From positions 1,798,001-1,862,000 of the forward strand of contig BQFW01000011.1 of assembly GCA_020891255.1 (NCBI GenBank): a stretch of 64,000 nucleotides of DNA, given 5' to 3'. A program made the position numbers and the translations under genes. The notes under the pieces are model-generated. The model was not told the origin of the DNA and did not search any database. It saw nothing but the letters and a program-made list of their open reading frames with translations. How positions within the stretch are numbered: position 1 is the stretch's first letter; every line of letters begins with the position of its first letter. Below are positions 26,638-38,565 of this stretch, in pieces. The DNA is from Entomortierella parvispora E1425 (lineage: Eukaryota; Fungi; Mortierellomycota).

Positions 26638-28167
26638 CTACTCGTCCAGTCCATAGCGTGCATGGTTTCGGCACCAAGCACTGACAGTTTCATAGACCAA
26701 GAAGGTGATGCAAGTGCCTGGCAAGACTCGGATTACATTAGGAGCCACGCCCTTGTAAAAGCCCAGAAGTCCCTCAGCCCTATTAGATCATGGATCATTG
26801 AATAAGGATGCGTTAGTAGGTAGATCCTCTTTCTCTACAACCTGGCATGCCCACTGTTGTGCGGAGTAAATACCTCCTGATCTTGCGAATGCAGTCCATG
26901 ACACCGGTGTAAACGACCCCGCTCTGAGGATTGCTCATCATTTGCAACCTGGATCTCAGAACCTGGTATGGGTATGTTGCAACTGTGGCTGTGACCTTGG
27001 ATGAAGCCGCCATGCACAAGTACTCGATGGTCGACAACGTCTCCCAGTCATGTTTCTTCTCCAGCAGCCTCGACTCCCTCAGCTTCTCAAATGTCTTGGG
27101 ATCCATGCTCACGCCCGTCACATCTGAAGGCCTTGCGGCGGCCGTTTCTTGGATTGGAACATTTGACATACCCCGGACCTCCTCCAAGAATTGTTTCTCC
27201 CAGCGCTTCTTCTTGACTTCTTGTCTCCAGTACTTGAGCTGCTCATAGGCCATAAACTGGATGGCTCCGTGACTGACTCCGAATAAGGCTGGTACAATAC
27301 CTCTATACAACCCTTGAACACCCTCTGCCCGGACCAAAGTAACCAATCCTTGAGCAAGGTTCTGATAAGCTCCTGGGGTCGACTTCTTGGTCGTGCACAT
27401 GCGAGTCTTGATGACCCAAAGTGGGTTGGTTACCACGGCTGTCAAGGCACCACCGAGAGTACTGGCTACCATATGTTGAGAAGGCCCCAAACGGCCGGTT
27501 GATGGATCCACGGGCATTTGAGCCTTGATCCCTGCATAGAGATAAAAGTAGAGCCCCCAAGAAACGGTCGCGCCTGCAAAGTTGGGAGTCAAGCCTCGGT
27601 AGAGTCCATTTCGGAAGCCCTCGCTTCTATAGATCTGTTGAAAACTGCGGAGGGTTCCTCCGATCCTGGGCGCTGCTTGGGACGCGTTTACTAAAGAATG
27701 GACAATCCAAAGATTAGGCTCCATACCGTACTTGCAACACTGATCCATCCACCATGCCCTGATTCTACTGATCTCGTCTTTGTTCACTCTCCTGAAAAAA
27801 AGTCTTTATTCTTACCTTGGAATCGAGTCTTGATTAGATCCAAGGGGTGAAGGAATATTGTGGAAACGGCACCGCCGGAGAAACCAGCCAATGCTTGGTC
27901 CTAAACGTAAAGACAAGACCGAGATAATAGAGGCTGGTCAGTACAAGAGTAGCACAGTGGTTGGTAGTGCTGCGGACCTCAATGTGCCAAACACCCAAAA
28001 CGACCCAAGAAGAGCTCGGTCTCCCAAACTACTCCAACGGTCAGGGTCCGTGATCACCCTGGTTCGATTCGCGTCCATTGTTTAGGTCAACGGGGTTGGC
28101 TGTTCCTGAATCCCTAAAAGGGGGGTTCAATTACCGTTGCAACGCTTCCTGTGTATGATTTCGGCAT
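26638..28167 (-). CDS. FLX1: Mitochondrial FAD/folate carrier (FLX1/SLC25A32 type); five exons
   Basis: [11 protein letters not shown]|[49 protein letters not shown] (three carrier signatures), [25 protein letters not shown]. Confidence 0.9.
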
Positions 28168-28863
28168 GTTGTGTTTGTTGATCCGAGTCAAAGTGGATTG
28201 AAGAATGAATGAAGAAAGCTCCGGGAAGTGCGTGCGGTATGAATGTACAAGTGCACAGTGGGCAAAGAGGGCTCAATTGTCGTAACGAAAATAACAAAGG
28301 GTAGTAATGGATCGAGAGAGGAAGGAGAGGGTGAATGGAGAGTGAGCGAGGGAGAAAGAGAAGCAGAGCAGAGCAGAGCAGTTGGCACGACGAACGTTGA
28401 AGAGGGAGCAAAGAATAGAAGGGGCGAAGAAGGGAAGGAGAGAGAGGGAGTGAGGTGTAAAAGGTCCACGGATGAGAAATTATGAGCACAGGAAGGGGGG
28501 CCAAGGTTTTTTTTTTTTTTTTTTTTTTTTGAATTCTTTACTCGGTGGACAGCAGCCCGATCTCTTTTTTTTTCTTTCTTGCTCTCTCTCCCAAGCGCCA
28601 GTTGGCTTACGAGACAGCCAATTACCCAGCTCAAGTCGCTTGACATGACACTTCGTTGGAGAGCGATCAATGGCCTGGGAGGCTCAATTGCACCCACCGT
28701 GGGGGAAGCTTCTGCCTCCTCCACGTCTCATCGACCAAACAAGGTTGCTTCGGGTGGAACAGGAACCATGGCCATGACCACGCACAGAGCACCACACGCG
28801 AGACTCCGTACATTTCCTGTTTCTTCATTCCTATTGACTGGTATCACTATTATACACATGGCT

Positions 28864-30540
28864 CTATGACGAAGAGTCATCGCTGTCCTCAGACGCCACA
28901 CCTGGGATTTTATCCGCTTGCTCCTTGACCATCATATCTGCCAAGAAACTTCTCTCCTTCAATCGACCTGTTACGAGCTCGATCTGCTGGATGTGGCCTC
29001 TCAATGCAGCGGCTGATGACAATCTCGCCTCTCGCGCCTTCTCCTCAACATCCGAAGGTGATTCGATCTTCATTTTCTCTTTTCCTTCGTTGTTCTCTGC
29101 ACCGCCCACAGCTGCATCCACGATTCGCTCCCGCAGAGTCCCAATCTCGGCCTCAAATTCCGTCAGTTTCCATAGTGCGGTCTGAATCTGACCTACGGTC
29201 GACTTGCGTTGATTCTCCATGTCGACAAGAAGCTGCAAGTTTTCCTTGTGAAATTCCTTTTGAATCTTGTTCCCACCGAGCTTTGACCACAAGAGTGCCA
29301 AAGTTTCGTCCTGAGCCTTGTTTTGCTCACGCCGCTCCATCGTAACAATATCATGAATCGAGGACAGGATCTGATCCATGGTGTCCAGGTTTTGAAGAAC
29401 ATCTTGAGTTTGCAAGATGAGGTCCCGCACATGAGTCCGAGCGTCTTCCATTGTACCTTGGTACAACTGCTGGATTTTTTGAGCTCCCGAAGCCATTGCC
29501 AGACCTACAAATGAAAATAGTATCCCCATGAGAAAAGTTAGCCTTGTCATTTCGTCAATGGACGGAATATCCATCTGAGTGCCATTTCCTTCACCTTGAT
29601 CATCTGAAAAATAACTCAATAGTCGTATCAACGCCCCACCATTCACTTTTTGCTCATTCCATGACCGCTGTTGTGCCTCGAGTCGATCCAGCTCGATTGT
29701 CAAGTATGTGTTCCTGATCACCAACCCATCCACACAGGCGTTTGCGCGTGCTTGCAAGAACTGAAGTTTGCGACTAAGAGCCTTGGCGCGTCCATGGAAA
29801 GACTGGAGATGTTCTACTAAAAGGTCCTTTGGCTCCTTGGGTAATGTTGAATGTTTGACCAACACTTTGAGATCAACCACCGCAATCTCGGCCCGTTTCA
29901 GAAGCATTGGCAGAGGAAGGTTGCCCTTGGTCGTGTGAATGATCAAACCATAAGGATCGTCAATGTTGTGATCTGATTTTTGTGGGTGACGTTGCTGCTG
30001 TTGCTGTTGCTGAGTCTGCTTCAACTGGTTCATGATCGAATCTGCTACAAATTCATAGGAGGCCGCCTGCTTATTCACCAAATCTGAAAAATCCGGGATG
30101 TTGAGCATGAACGAGTTTCTGGGATTTGGACATGTCAACAAGAGGCGAGCTCCCGGTACGCTGCAGAGGATTCTGGATTGAAATTCGGATCTGAAAAGTG
30201 TAATGCTCTTGGTCAGGCCACCCAAAAAGACTATGATCAGCAAGATCACCAGAAGGAAGGAAAAGAGTGGTTGAAGCATCAAGAGAGATCCATGGATAGT
30301 GCCCAACAAATAGTGTAGACAGCCAGCCAGAAATTGACCCAGATATTGAGCGGCAGGGATGTTGGCAGCGCCGTTTCGGCTCTGTTTACTGCTATTGCTA
30401 CCGCTGTAATCGCTCGGCTGTTGTGAAAAGGATGGTTGTGAAAAGGAACCCAAAGACGAGCCTGATGCATGAGAGGTAAGAGAGGATGGCTGGAATGAGA
30501 ATTCCCGCTGTCGCTTTCGTGGACCTTGGTCTCGGTCCAT
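28864..30540 (-). CDS. Uncharacterised membrane-anchored coiled-coil protein; probable 90-nt intron at 29505-29594
   Basis: Long open frame from MDRDQGPRK; Ser/Gln-rich N-terminus, hydrophobic LLMLQPLFSFLLVILLIIVFLGGL segment, then helical heptad-rich body with LWSKLGGN. Confidence 0.75.
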   Translation of the reverse strand: MDRDQGPRKRQREFSFQPSSLTSHASGSSLGSFSQPSFSQQPSDYSGSNSSKQSRNGAANIPAAQYLGQFLAGCLHYLLGTIHGSLLMLQPLFSFLLVILLIIVFLGGLTKSITLFRSEFQSRILCSVPGARLLLTCPNPRNSFMLNIPDFSDLVNKQAASYEFVADSIMNQLKQTQQQQQQQRHPQKSDHNIDDPYGLIIHTTKGNLPLPMLLKRAEIAVVDLKVLVKHSTLPKEPKDLLVEHLQSFHGRAKALSRKLQFLQARANACVDGLVIRNTYLTIELDRLEAQQRSWNEQKVNGGALIRLLSYFSDDQGEGNGTQMDIPSIDEMTRLTFLMGILFSFVGLAMASGAQKIQQLYQGTMEDARTHVRDLILQTQDVLQNLDTMDQILSSIHDIVTMERREQNKAQDETLALLWSKLGGNKIQKEFHKENLQLLVDMENQRKSTVGQIQTALWKLTEFEAEIGTLRERIVDAAVGGAENNEGKEKMKIESPSDVEEKAREARLSSAAALRGHIQQIELVTGRLKERSFLADMMVKEQADKIPGVASEDSDDSSS

Positions 30541-31904
30541 GGTGTACAACGGTGATTGCTGACTGGGTCGAGACCGTTCAAGGTTGGGAGCTGAATGAAT
30601 GCCGAGCAGTGAGGGAGGATGCACGGAAGAATGAAAGAATGAGAGATAAATCAGCACATGCCCTTTTCTGTGGCTTTTTTTTTTTTTTTTTTTTTTGGTG
30701 CTTCGCCTTGGAGATTTTTCATGCACCGCGTGATCCACGCGTTCTTGGTGCTGTTTGTTCGCAACGGATGCGCGCTTTTGTTTTTGTCTGGTCATTCTTT
30801 TTTCTATTCCTGCACATGGATTGTCAACATGACGCCCTGTCAACATGACGGCAAGCGTGTTGTGCAACGACGCATTCGCTACGAGGTGCAGTCAGAAGCA
30901 AGGAAAAGGGCACAATCGAGAAAGAGACAGGGAGAGAGGGAGATAGAGGGGGGAAATAGCAAGAGTCAACAGGAGAGGTGTCTTTTGTTGATGTTTTTTT
31001 ACCAGCTCCAACAAAAAGCTATGACCGAGAAGGAGGGGACCCAGCTTACTTACGGGAGGACTGTCCGAGCGGATGAATACAGTATGAATGAATGAAATGT
31101 GTGTGCTCAGCTCGTTTGAAGAAGAAAAGGTTCGCTCACTGGTTTTGTTGATGTTCATTTCTGTTCCACACATCCGCGCCCCCCCCTTGTTCGTTTGTAC
31201 GCCTGAACACGGCTCACAACTGCCTTGTCTTATGAATTCGATAATTACCCCTCTTTCTCAAGATGAAGCGATATGAAGGATATGAGCTTGGACATACCGA
31301 AAACCTCGTGAAGGTCAAGGAGGTAAGAGAGAGAGAGAAAGTTCTGACAAAGCGGACCCCGTTCAAGGAGCTGATAAGGCATAAAAGGAAAAGGATGATT
31401 CCGAAAGTGGGGTCAGAAATGCGGTCAAGGGCTGGTAACCAGAAAAGACAAGGACAAGAAAAGGAAAAGGAAAAAAGAGGGCCAAAGCGAGATAGGGTTA
31501 GCGCCAGATGCACGAGCGGAGCGAAGCGCAACACGCGAGAAAAATAGAACAATGAGACGCGGAGGGCGTGAGAAGGCACTGAGCGACGGACGGAGCAGAT
31601 GGACGGACTTTGCGCACGCGCACGCACTCGTTGCGCGAGCAGCGATCGAGGGGGTCATGCAGCGGTGAGGGGAATCGATACTGTGCCGTACTGAAATAAT
31701 CAGGATCGTCAGCGACGACAGGGGGACAAGGCGGCTGCAAGGTACAGGCCAGCAGCAGCAGCAGGCCAGCAGAGGGCAGCGAACGAACAAACGAACGAAC
31801 GAACGAACGAAAGAAAGAAAAAAAAAAAGAGGTCGCGCCCAATCAAAGATCCATCGAATCAGAGCCACAAAACCTTGCTTGTGTCTCGACCCGCTGTCTC
31901 TTCT

Positions 31905-31936
31905 TCTTCCTCTCTCTCTCTCTCTCTGTCTCTCTC
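31905..31936. repeat. (CT)n/(TC)n microsatellite
   Basis: Run of ctctctct with one interruption in the intergenic region upstream of the eIF4E-like gene. Confidence 0.75.
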
Positions 31937-32360
31937 CTTCAACTCTGTCTCCATCTTTTTCGTCCTTTCATTCACTCGTCCGTTCGCCCGTTCATTCATT
32001 CGTTCACTTGCTCATTTCTTCCTTTGGCCAGTCGTCATCCTCGTCCGTGTTGTCGTTGTGGTCATTGCCCTCATCATCACGCCATCATCCCTTTGCTGAA
32101 CAAGTCAAGACAAGATAGAACAAAGAGAAAAAAAAGAAAAAGAACCACTGGAGACTCACTATCCTTGCCATCCCAGCCATTGAACTCCCCTATCTCTCCG
32201 TCTTCTCTGTAAGCTGCCTGCCTAAACGAGTTGTAGATGAGGGCACATGAATAGCCTCATGGAATGCAATCGAGTCCAGAGAGACAGGAGCGGCGACCGT
32301 CTGTCATCTTTGCTTCCATCCCCTGCTTACTCATTGTCTCTCTCATTCCACTAGACCGCC

Positions 32361-35300
32361 ATGACTGACGACCCCACAAAGGAAGACTCGAGGGTTTCTA
32401 CTCCTTCCTCTGCTGTATCCTTTGCGCCGGCTCATGACCTGCATGCCTCGCCATCTAATGCAGCATCGGCAGCAGCAGCAGCCAAGGCAGCCATGCAGGC
32501 CAGACGAAGGTCGCGCGGTATGGGCGAAGGTCTTCGGCCCGACTTTGTGTTCCCTAAACCACAGCAACAGACGCAGACGCCCCCCTCGTTCCTGTCGGCA
32601 ACAACAGCAACAGCAGCAACAGCGGCAATAACAACAACAGCAGCAGCAGGAGCAGGAGCAGGAGCGGTCGTCAATGGATCGGCATCAGCCCCTCAGCAGC
32701 AGCATGTCAATGGCTCTTCCATCAGCGGTAGTAACGGCTCTGATCTGCTTGCGCCACCAAGACTGCAGCCACACCTCAAGACCCACTATCGCACTCACAG
32801 CCGCAACGGCTCCACGGTCACCGTGCAGGATCTGAAGCAGGCCATCGCTGCGGCCCCGACTGATCTTCAGGACCTGCCTGCCCACTTGGGCCTCTCCATC
32901 AGCTCTCAAACGCTTGCTCTCAAGGAAAACGTCGCTGCAGCTGCAGCTCTTCCAGCGCCAGCGTCTGTAAAGACCGTGGATGTTCCCGCAGCAAGAGCAA
33001 CCGCACCCTCACCGCCTCCCAGGGTCTCGACCTCCCTGCCCGAGATTGCCGTCCTCTCTGCAGCATCCACGCCTACGTCTTCACGACCCAGCTCCATGAT
33101 CCTCAGCCGGACTCCTCGCGACCGGTCCAATGCGTCGGTACCACCTTTCTTTGCCTATTCCATCCCACATGAGTTCCCCTCGCCATATACCTCTCCCCGC
33201 CTGAAGCTCTCTGGAACGGCTGGTCCGTCCTCGCTTCCCATTTCGCCTTTTGCGCGCAAGCGCAAGCACACCTCCCACTTTAGCGCTCCCGTATTTCCCT
33301 CTTCTACAATGACTATTAAGCTCACAGCCAAGGACCCGGCCATCGAGCTCCCCCACGGACTTGCAGGTGGAGACGTACCTGATGTTGAGCTCTTGGGGTA
33401 CGAGATGGATCAATTGGCTATCAGTGAGGAAGAGCATCTGGAGCAGGATGAGAGCCATTCAACGCCCGTCAAGAAGGAAGTTCCATCTTTGTCAAACCTT
33501 TCTGCGGCAGACAAACGTATGTCCTGGGCTTCCATGGTAACTCTGGATGAAGGTAATCTTGCCAAAGTGCCTGCACCTGCCACAACTGCACCGACCTCCC
33601 AGCCATACCGACCCCCTGGCAGCCGCTCTAGAGCTGCAGCCGAAAACAAGGCGGCCAGTTCAGCGAAAACTACGAATGGAACGAACAAGGCACCTGGACG
33701 AAGCTCGCCCACGTTGGCGACAGAGAACATTCCTACCAAGGTGGATAATCCCGAGCCTGCCACCAGTCCTGTCGGTCGCTCTAGAAAGGCCGCACCACCA
33801 CCTCTGAACCTCACTGGCAACAGCAACTTGGAGAGTAAATCGGCACCCGGATCACCTACCACGCCTACCACCTCCAGCCGTCGCCGTCGGTCCAGGAGTC
33901 GAAAGAACGCCAAGGACAAGTCATTGGATGGCTCTCAGCAGGATGAACCAGTTGATAAAGCTGATGACTTGCGTGCAAAGGAATCGTCTGAGGCCACTGA
34001 TTTACAGGATGCCACAGATAACCAGTCTGGGTCAACCTCTTCCACAGGGGCGTCAGACCAGCCCAAGAAGACTAGAACCCGCTCTAGATCCCGCTCACGC
34101 TCGCGTTCACGCAGCCGCGCCCATGCTGATAACGGATCTAGTCAGGGGTCATCCAACGAGTCCGTGCCTCCTGTTCCTCAGACGCCTTCCTGGGTGCCGG
34201 CCCATAACATGACGGTGGCAACAGGCGCACCACCTGCAGCTGCTCTATCGACTCTTCCTGCTCAGACACCCCTCAGTCCTATTACTGCATCACCCATCAC
34301 TAACGGAACTTTGGAGCCGCCAATGAGTCCCAACAAAACGACTGCGCCAAGGAGTCCTAATTCAGGCACCTTTGTTGATTCTGAACTAAAGCGCCGTGGA
34401 CCTCGACCTGCTCGGTTATTGAGCACGCGTTCTAGCCATAACCTTCAGCTTCAGACATTGACGGAGGGCGGCCAGGCAGCCTTTTCCCCAAGGAGCGCCA
34501 GAGAAGGAGGACCTTCAGACTACTTTTCCATGCGCCCTCAGCAACATCCTCCTCGTACACCTATGACCCCAGGAGGCGACTATGACGACGATGATGACTA
34601 CTATGGACGACTTCAGATGGTGACCACTCCCATGATCCAGAATGGATTCTTCCCTAACTGGGCCAAGGGAGACGCGCAGTTGGAGGAGTTGGAGCGTATC
34701 CGCTTATTCCTGTCAGCAAGACAATACCCAGATGAGATGCCTCTTTCTGATGAATGGTATGAGATCAATGGCTTATGTATATGATTTTTTATGATGCTTT
34801 GGATAAGTCATGGCGTTAAAGTTTAATCAAAACTACAACGACTCTCTTGGAATGCATTAGGACCCTCTTCTTCTCGGACACTTCGCGTGCAAAGGATAAG
34901 TCTCAGGTTCACGATGCCTACTCAAGTGCCATCACACCTCTGTTTACATGCCACACAGTGCCCCAGTTCGCCACTTCTTGGAAATACGTGAGAGAGCGCG
35001 TTCGCCCAGCGACAATGAAGGTCAACCAGAACTTGCATTGGTTCAAAAAGGGTATCAAGCCCATGTGGGAGGATCCTAAGAACAAGTATGGTGGTCGTTT
35101 GACCTTGTGCCCGCCTCGTGCTCTCTTGGACATTGTCTGGGAGACAGTTTTGATTCTCATGGCTGGAGATGTGCTAGACCATCACGGAGAGGGCACTGGA
35201 GCAGGTAAATCACCGGACTTGACTTTTTGCTTGGAAGATGAAGGACCTTTTATTGCTGAACTAACTGGTGTCTGCCTCTTTTTTTTTCTTCTTTTTTTTT

Positions 35301-35998
35301 TGTCCTGTATCGTAGTGTTTGCTCGAAGAGCTCGAGGTGATCGCGTGGAAGTTTGGCTCGGCTCCGATGATACTCCTGAAGCGTTAGCTCATATTCGTGG
35401 AGTTCTGATCCAGGAATTGACCGCCAGCGGTGCGGATGAATTGGTCAGGGCTGCAAAATACAAGAAGCATTTTGATGGCCGTAAGGAGGAAAGGCAGAAG
35501 CAGCAGCAATCGCACAAGGAGGCAAATGCCGCCTCCGTAGGATCTGCGACACCTGGGATAGGCGCTACCTCTGCATCGACAAACACCACATCCGGACCTT
35601 TGTCTGCGACACCAGTGGCTAACAATTTGGCTGGCCTTTCTAGTCCATTGTTGCCCACGACCCCTCGGTTGAATGGTGGGCCAAGCAGCTTCTCATCCCC
35701 TTCAATGGGCGATTTCCAGACCTTTGAGGCGTTCGCTCAGCATCAGCATCAACAGCAGCAGATACGGGAGCGGGAGCGGGAAAAGGACCGAGAGATCTCC
35801 AGAGAACAAGAACGGATCATGCAATTGGGTAGGGAACGGTTGGAGAAGGAAAGAGCCGAGAAGGATCGGTTGCGGGATGAGCGTGTCCGTGCTATGGCAG
35901 CCGCTGCCATCGCGGCTTCAGAGGCAAAACATCAACAACAACTCAAGGAACAGCGCGAGAGGGAAGAGCTCCAGCAGCAGCAACAACAGCATCAGTAA
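32361..35998 (+). CDS. Atypical eIF4E-family cap-binding protein with ~790-aa disordered N-terminus; exons 32361-34756, 34861-35204, 35316-35998
   Basis: MPLSDEW|TLFFSD, LHWFKKGIKPMWEDPKNKYGGRLT, LDIVWETVLILMAG, VFARRARGDRVEVWL; splice phases are consistent; RS repeat in the N-terminal region and Q/E/R-rich C-terminal tail. Confidence 0.88.
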
Positions 35999-37934
35999 CA
36001 AGCAACTTCCTTTCAAACTAACGTGTCGAATAGTAATAACTACCATGTAATGTCATTTTTTAAAGAAACCAAAATCTCATAAATCTACCAACACACTCTG
36101 CACACGTAAAACAAGCAAGCATGGCATGCACAGCGCTAAAGTGATCATATCGACCGTCTTGATTGAGAATGAGTCTTCACATGTTGTGAAGCCACGTTTT
36201 TTTTTATTCTTTTACACTCCGAATTAACATGTCAAAATGAGCATGTTCACTTCTCCGGAGGGGACGTAATGACATGCTTGCTCGTGCCAGACGTCGATCA
36301 GGATTTGCACGGCAAGCAAATGATACAACGTCTCTTTTCATTCCCTCGTTCACTTTGCTAGGCAGACAGCAAACAACTCCGTAGGTGCATGATGCAGGCA
36401 AGGCAATGTACTTTTGTACACAACGTGTCGATTGTTGAACCCCCAGGGTTAATGATCAAGCCGGTGTTAGAGAGTCAATGCTGTGAACGGCTCTGCTACT
36501 CTGCTTGTCGTACAAGGTCTACCCTGGAGCGCCAAGGTAGCAGGGAACAGTCTGGGTCCTCCCCAGTCCTCGAAGACCTCCCATGCATAGAGCGACAGAC
36601 CATCAACGACGGAGGAGGAGGATCAGGTGAATCTAGGCCATTGAATGAGGCGATGGAAACTAGATCGAAGCGTTGGTGAACACAGACGGGTTCGGGTTCA
36701 GGTTCCCAGCATTCTTGCTTTTTTTTTTCTTCTTCTCACGATGGGCATAGAAAGCACAGAGAGCACAACAGTCTTCCCTAATGAAAACACATTCCTTACG
36801 CCGATGCAAACCCCCCTCATCTTATCATTCAACAGTCCAACATGTGCGTGTGCACGCCCCACTTCCTTGAACAAACCTTTGTGTTTTTTTAGTCCCTGAC
36901 ACAAGACATGGTCCAAACGCACTGCCCCGACTCGGCATGTTTGTTTTTTTTCTGTCTGAGTTTTCTTTGTGTCCCGTCCTGTCACCGTTTCTCGGTGACT
37001 CTTGGGAGAGGGTCTGTTATCAGTAGGCAAAAAAAGACAGTGGCCTGGACCACATACTTGTACAAAGTACAGTACGTGCCACACGTTAGGAACTGTAGAA
37101 CAACATCGAACACCACTCTGCGGTTCCCCCGACCGAGAAGGGAAAGAACTGACGGCGTCATAGAAAAAAAAAACTCTATCAGAACAAAAGGACCGACAGA
37201 ACAAAGAGGAGGTCCAAAAGAAGAGAACATTTCGTAAGAAAAAAAAAACGCGTCCCTTTCCATCTTTTTTTTTTCGCTGACGTGGGGGGTGAATCAGCAA
37301 AGGTCCGCCAGAAACCGGACGTGACATAACATATGTCCGCAGTCGGAGTCCCAGTCAGTTTTTCCATCACCCCCTCCATCTACCCCGAACCCCTGCCTTT
37401 CTTCAGCAGAGAGATCTCGACTCGTGCAACTGGCGCGCTCCATCGCATCCACCCAGATCAGAGCCGTTTGCTCAATTTTCTTATTGCACATTGTCGAAGA
37501 GGAAAAGTGAGCCAAAGGCCAGAAGCAAAGTAGATGGGTTGAGGCATGGGCAACTGGAGAGAAAGAGGACCAGTCGTGCTCCCCATCGCTCTGAAATGAA
37601 ACCGGGATGGGCGAGGTGTGCGTATGTGTGGCGGTGAGCAAGCATTCAAACAGCAGAAAGAGCGTGCAAGAGCTTTTTTGCTCGTGAGATGAAATTTTCT
37701 CTTCACTTACGGACCAGATGGGGGGATGGACGGCCGGGAAAGGTGGACGGGTGAGGGGTGCGTGCATGCGTCTTTTCGGATGCATTAACTGTAATAAATT
37801 CAATTGAAAAAAAAAAAAAAATTGCTGAGCGATGAGTTCGATAGGGCTTTCCTGTGCACTGCCAATGTCCTCCTTCCTCCCACCCCTCCTCTTCCTATCC
37901 CACTCGCTCCCCCCGAACGGCAAATCACCCATGT

Positions 37935-37943
37935 CTCTCCTGC
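37935..37943 (+). repeat. Left 9-bp target-site duplication CTCTCCTGC
   Basis: Identical direct copy at 47186-47194, each directly abutting the element terminus. Confidence 0.9.
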
Positions 37944-38081
37944 GGAAGCGTCTATTTGTCGGCCCGTCCGACAAGATCTTATTTGTCGTCCCTGCTCTCA
38001 ATTGCTCTTATTTGTCGTCCGTTCCCCCTTATTTGTCGGCCATGTCCCTATCTGTCGGCCGCTGATTTTAAGTTAACTACA
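37944..38081 (+). repeat. Left terminal inverted repeat
   Basis: CTATTTGTCGGCCCGTCCGACAA (37952-37974) is the exact reverse complement of 47155-47177; further shared blocks ATTGCTCTTATTTGTCG, TCCCCCTTATTTGTCGGC, TTTAAGTTAA and TTAACTACA. Confidence 0.92.
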
Positions 38082-38565
38082 CTAGCATTCCCAAGCGCTT
38101 TGACGCCACAATACGAAACTGGCAAAGCAGCCTGCGTTCTCCCCTACGATCATGACCTTCATCCTACTTCAGTTGTAAATATCACGAAGAAGACTCCGGT
38201 CGTAGGGGCATCTCCATTCTGCTCTTTGAAGTCCTCTCACCCTCTTTTCCTGGTATCCATCCTTTCTGAAGCCTGCAGCTCAAAAAAGCACAACTTTTTT
38301 TTTCTTTTTTTTTTTTTTTTTTTTTTTGGGAGACATGGCTTCAATGATCATCTCTCCTACAATTGTCCGCTGCCTTCAATTGTCCGCTGCATGAAGACAG
38401 TAATACTCCACACTATTAATATAAGTTTATGTTCTTTTATTAGGAAAACAGGGCTTTACAAAAATTATCCATTACCACCTCTCAAGATTGGGATATTATT
38501 CTCCTCTTATTCTCCTCTTTCCTGCTCTAATTCTACACTATCTGCAGGCCGTTGTATGTAGATAT

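Noticed and set aside
28061-28070. GGTTCGATTC, a Pol III B-box / tRNA T-loop match
   Set aside because: The flanks cannot form a T-stem or acceptor stem, and it lies within FLX1 intron 1; no tRNA called.
30541-30867. N-terminal extension of the 667-aa ORF to the ATG at 30867
   Set aside because: It runs through a poly(A) tract and leader-like sequence; the ATG at 30540 is the more plausible start.
37953-38057. Regularly spaced short repeats resembling a CRISPR array
   Set aside because: The repeats are only 9-11 bp, are mirrored at 47081-47176 as part of a TIR, and sit in a eukaryotic context with no cas genes.
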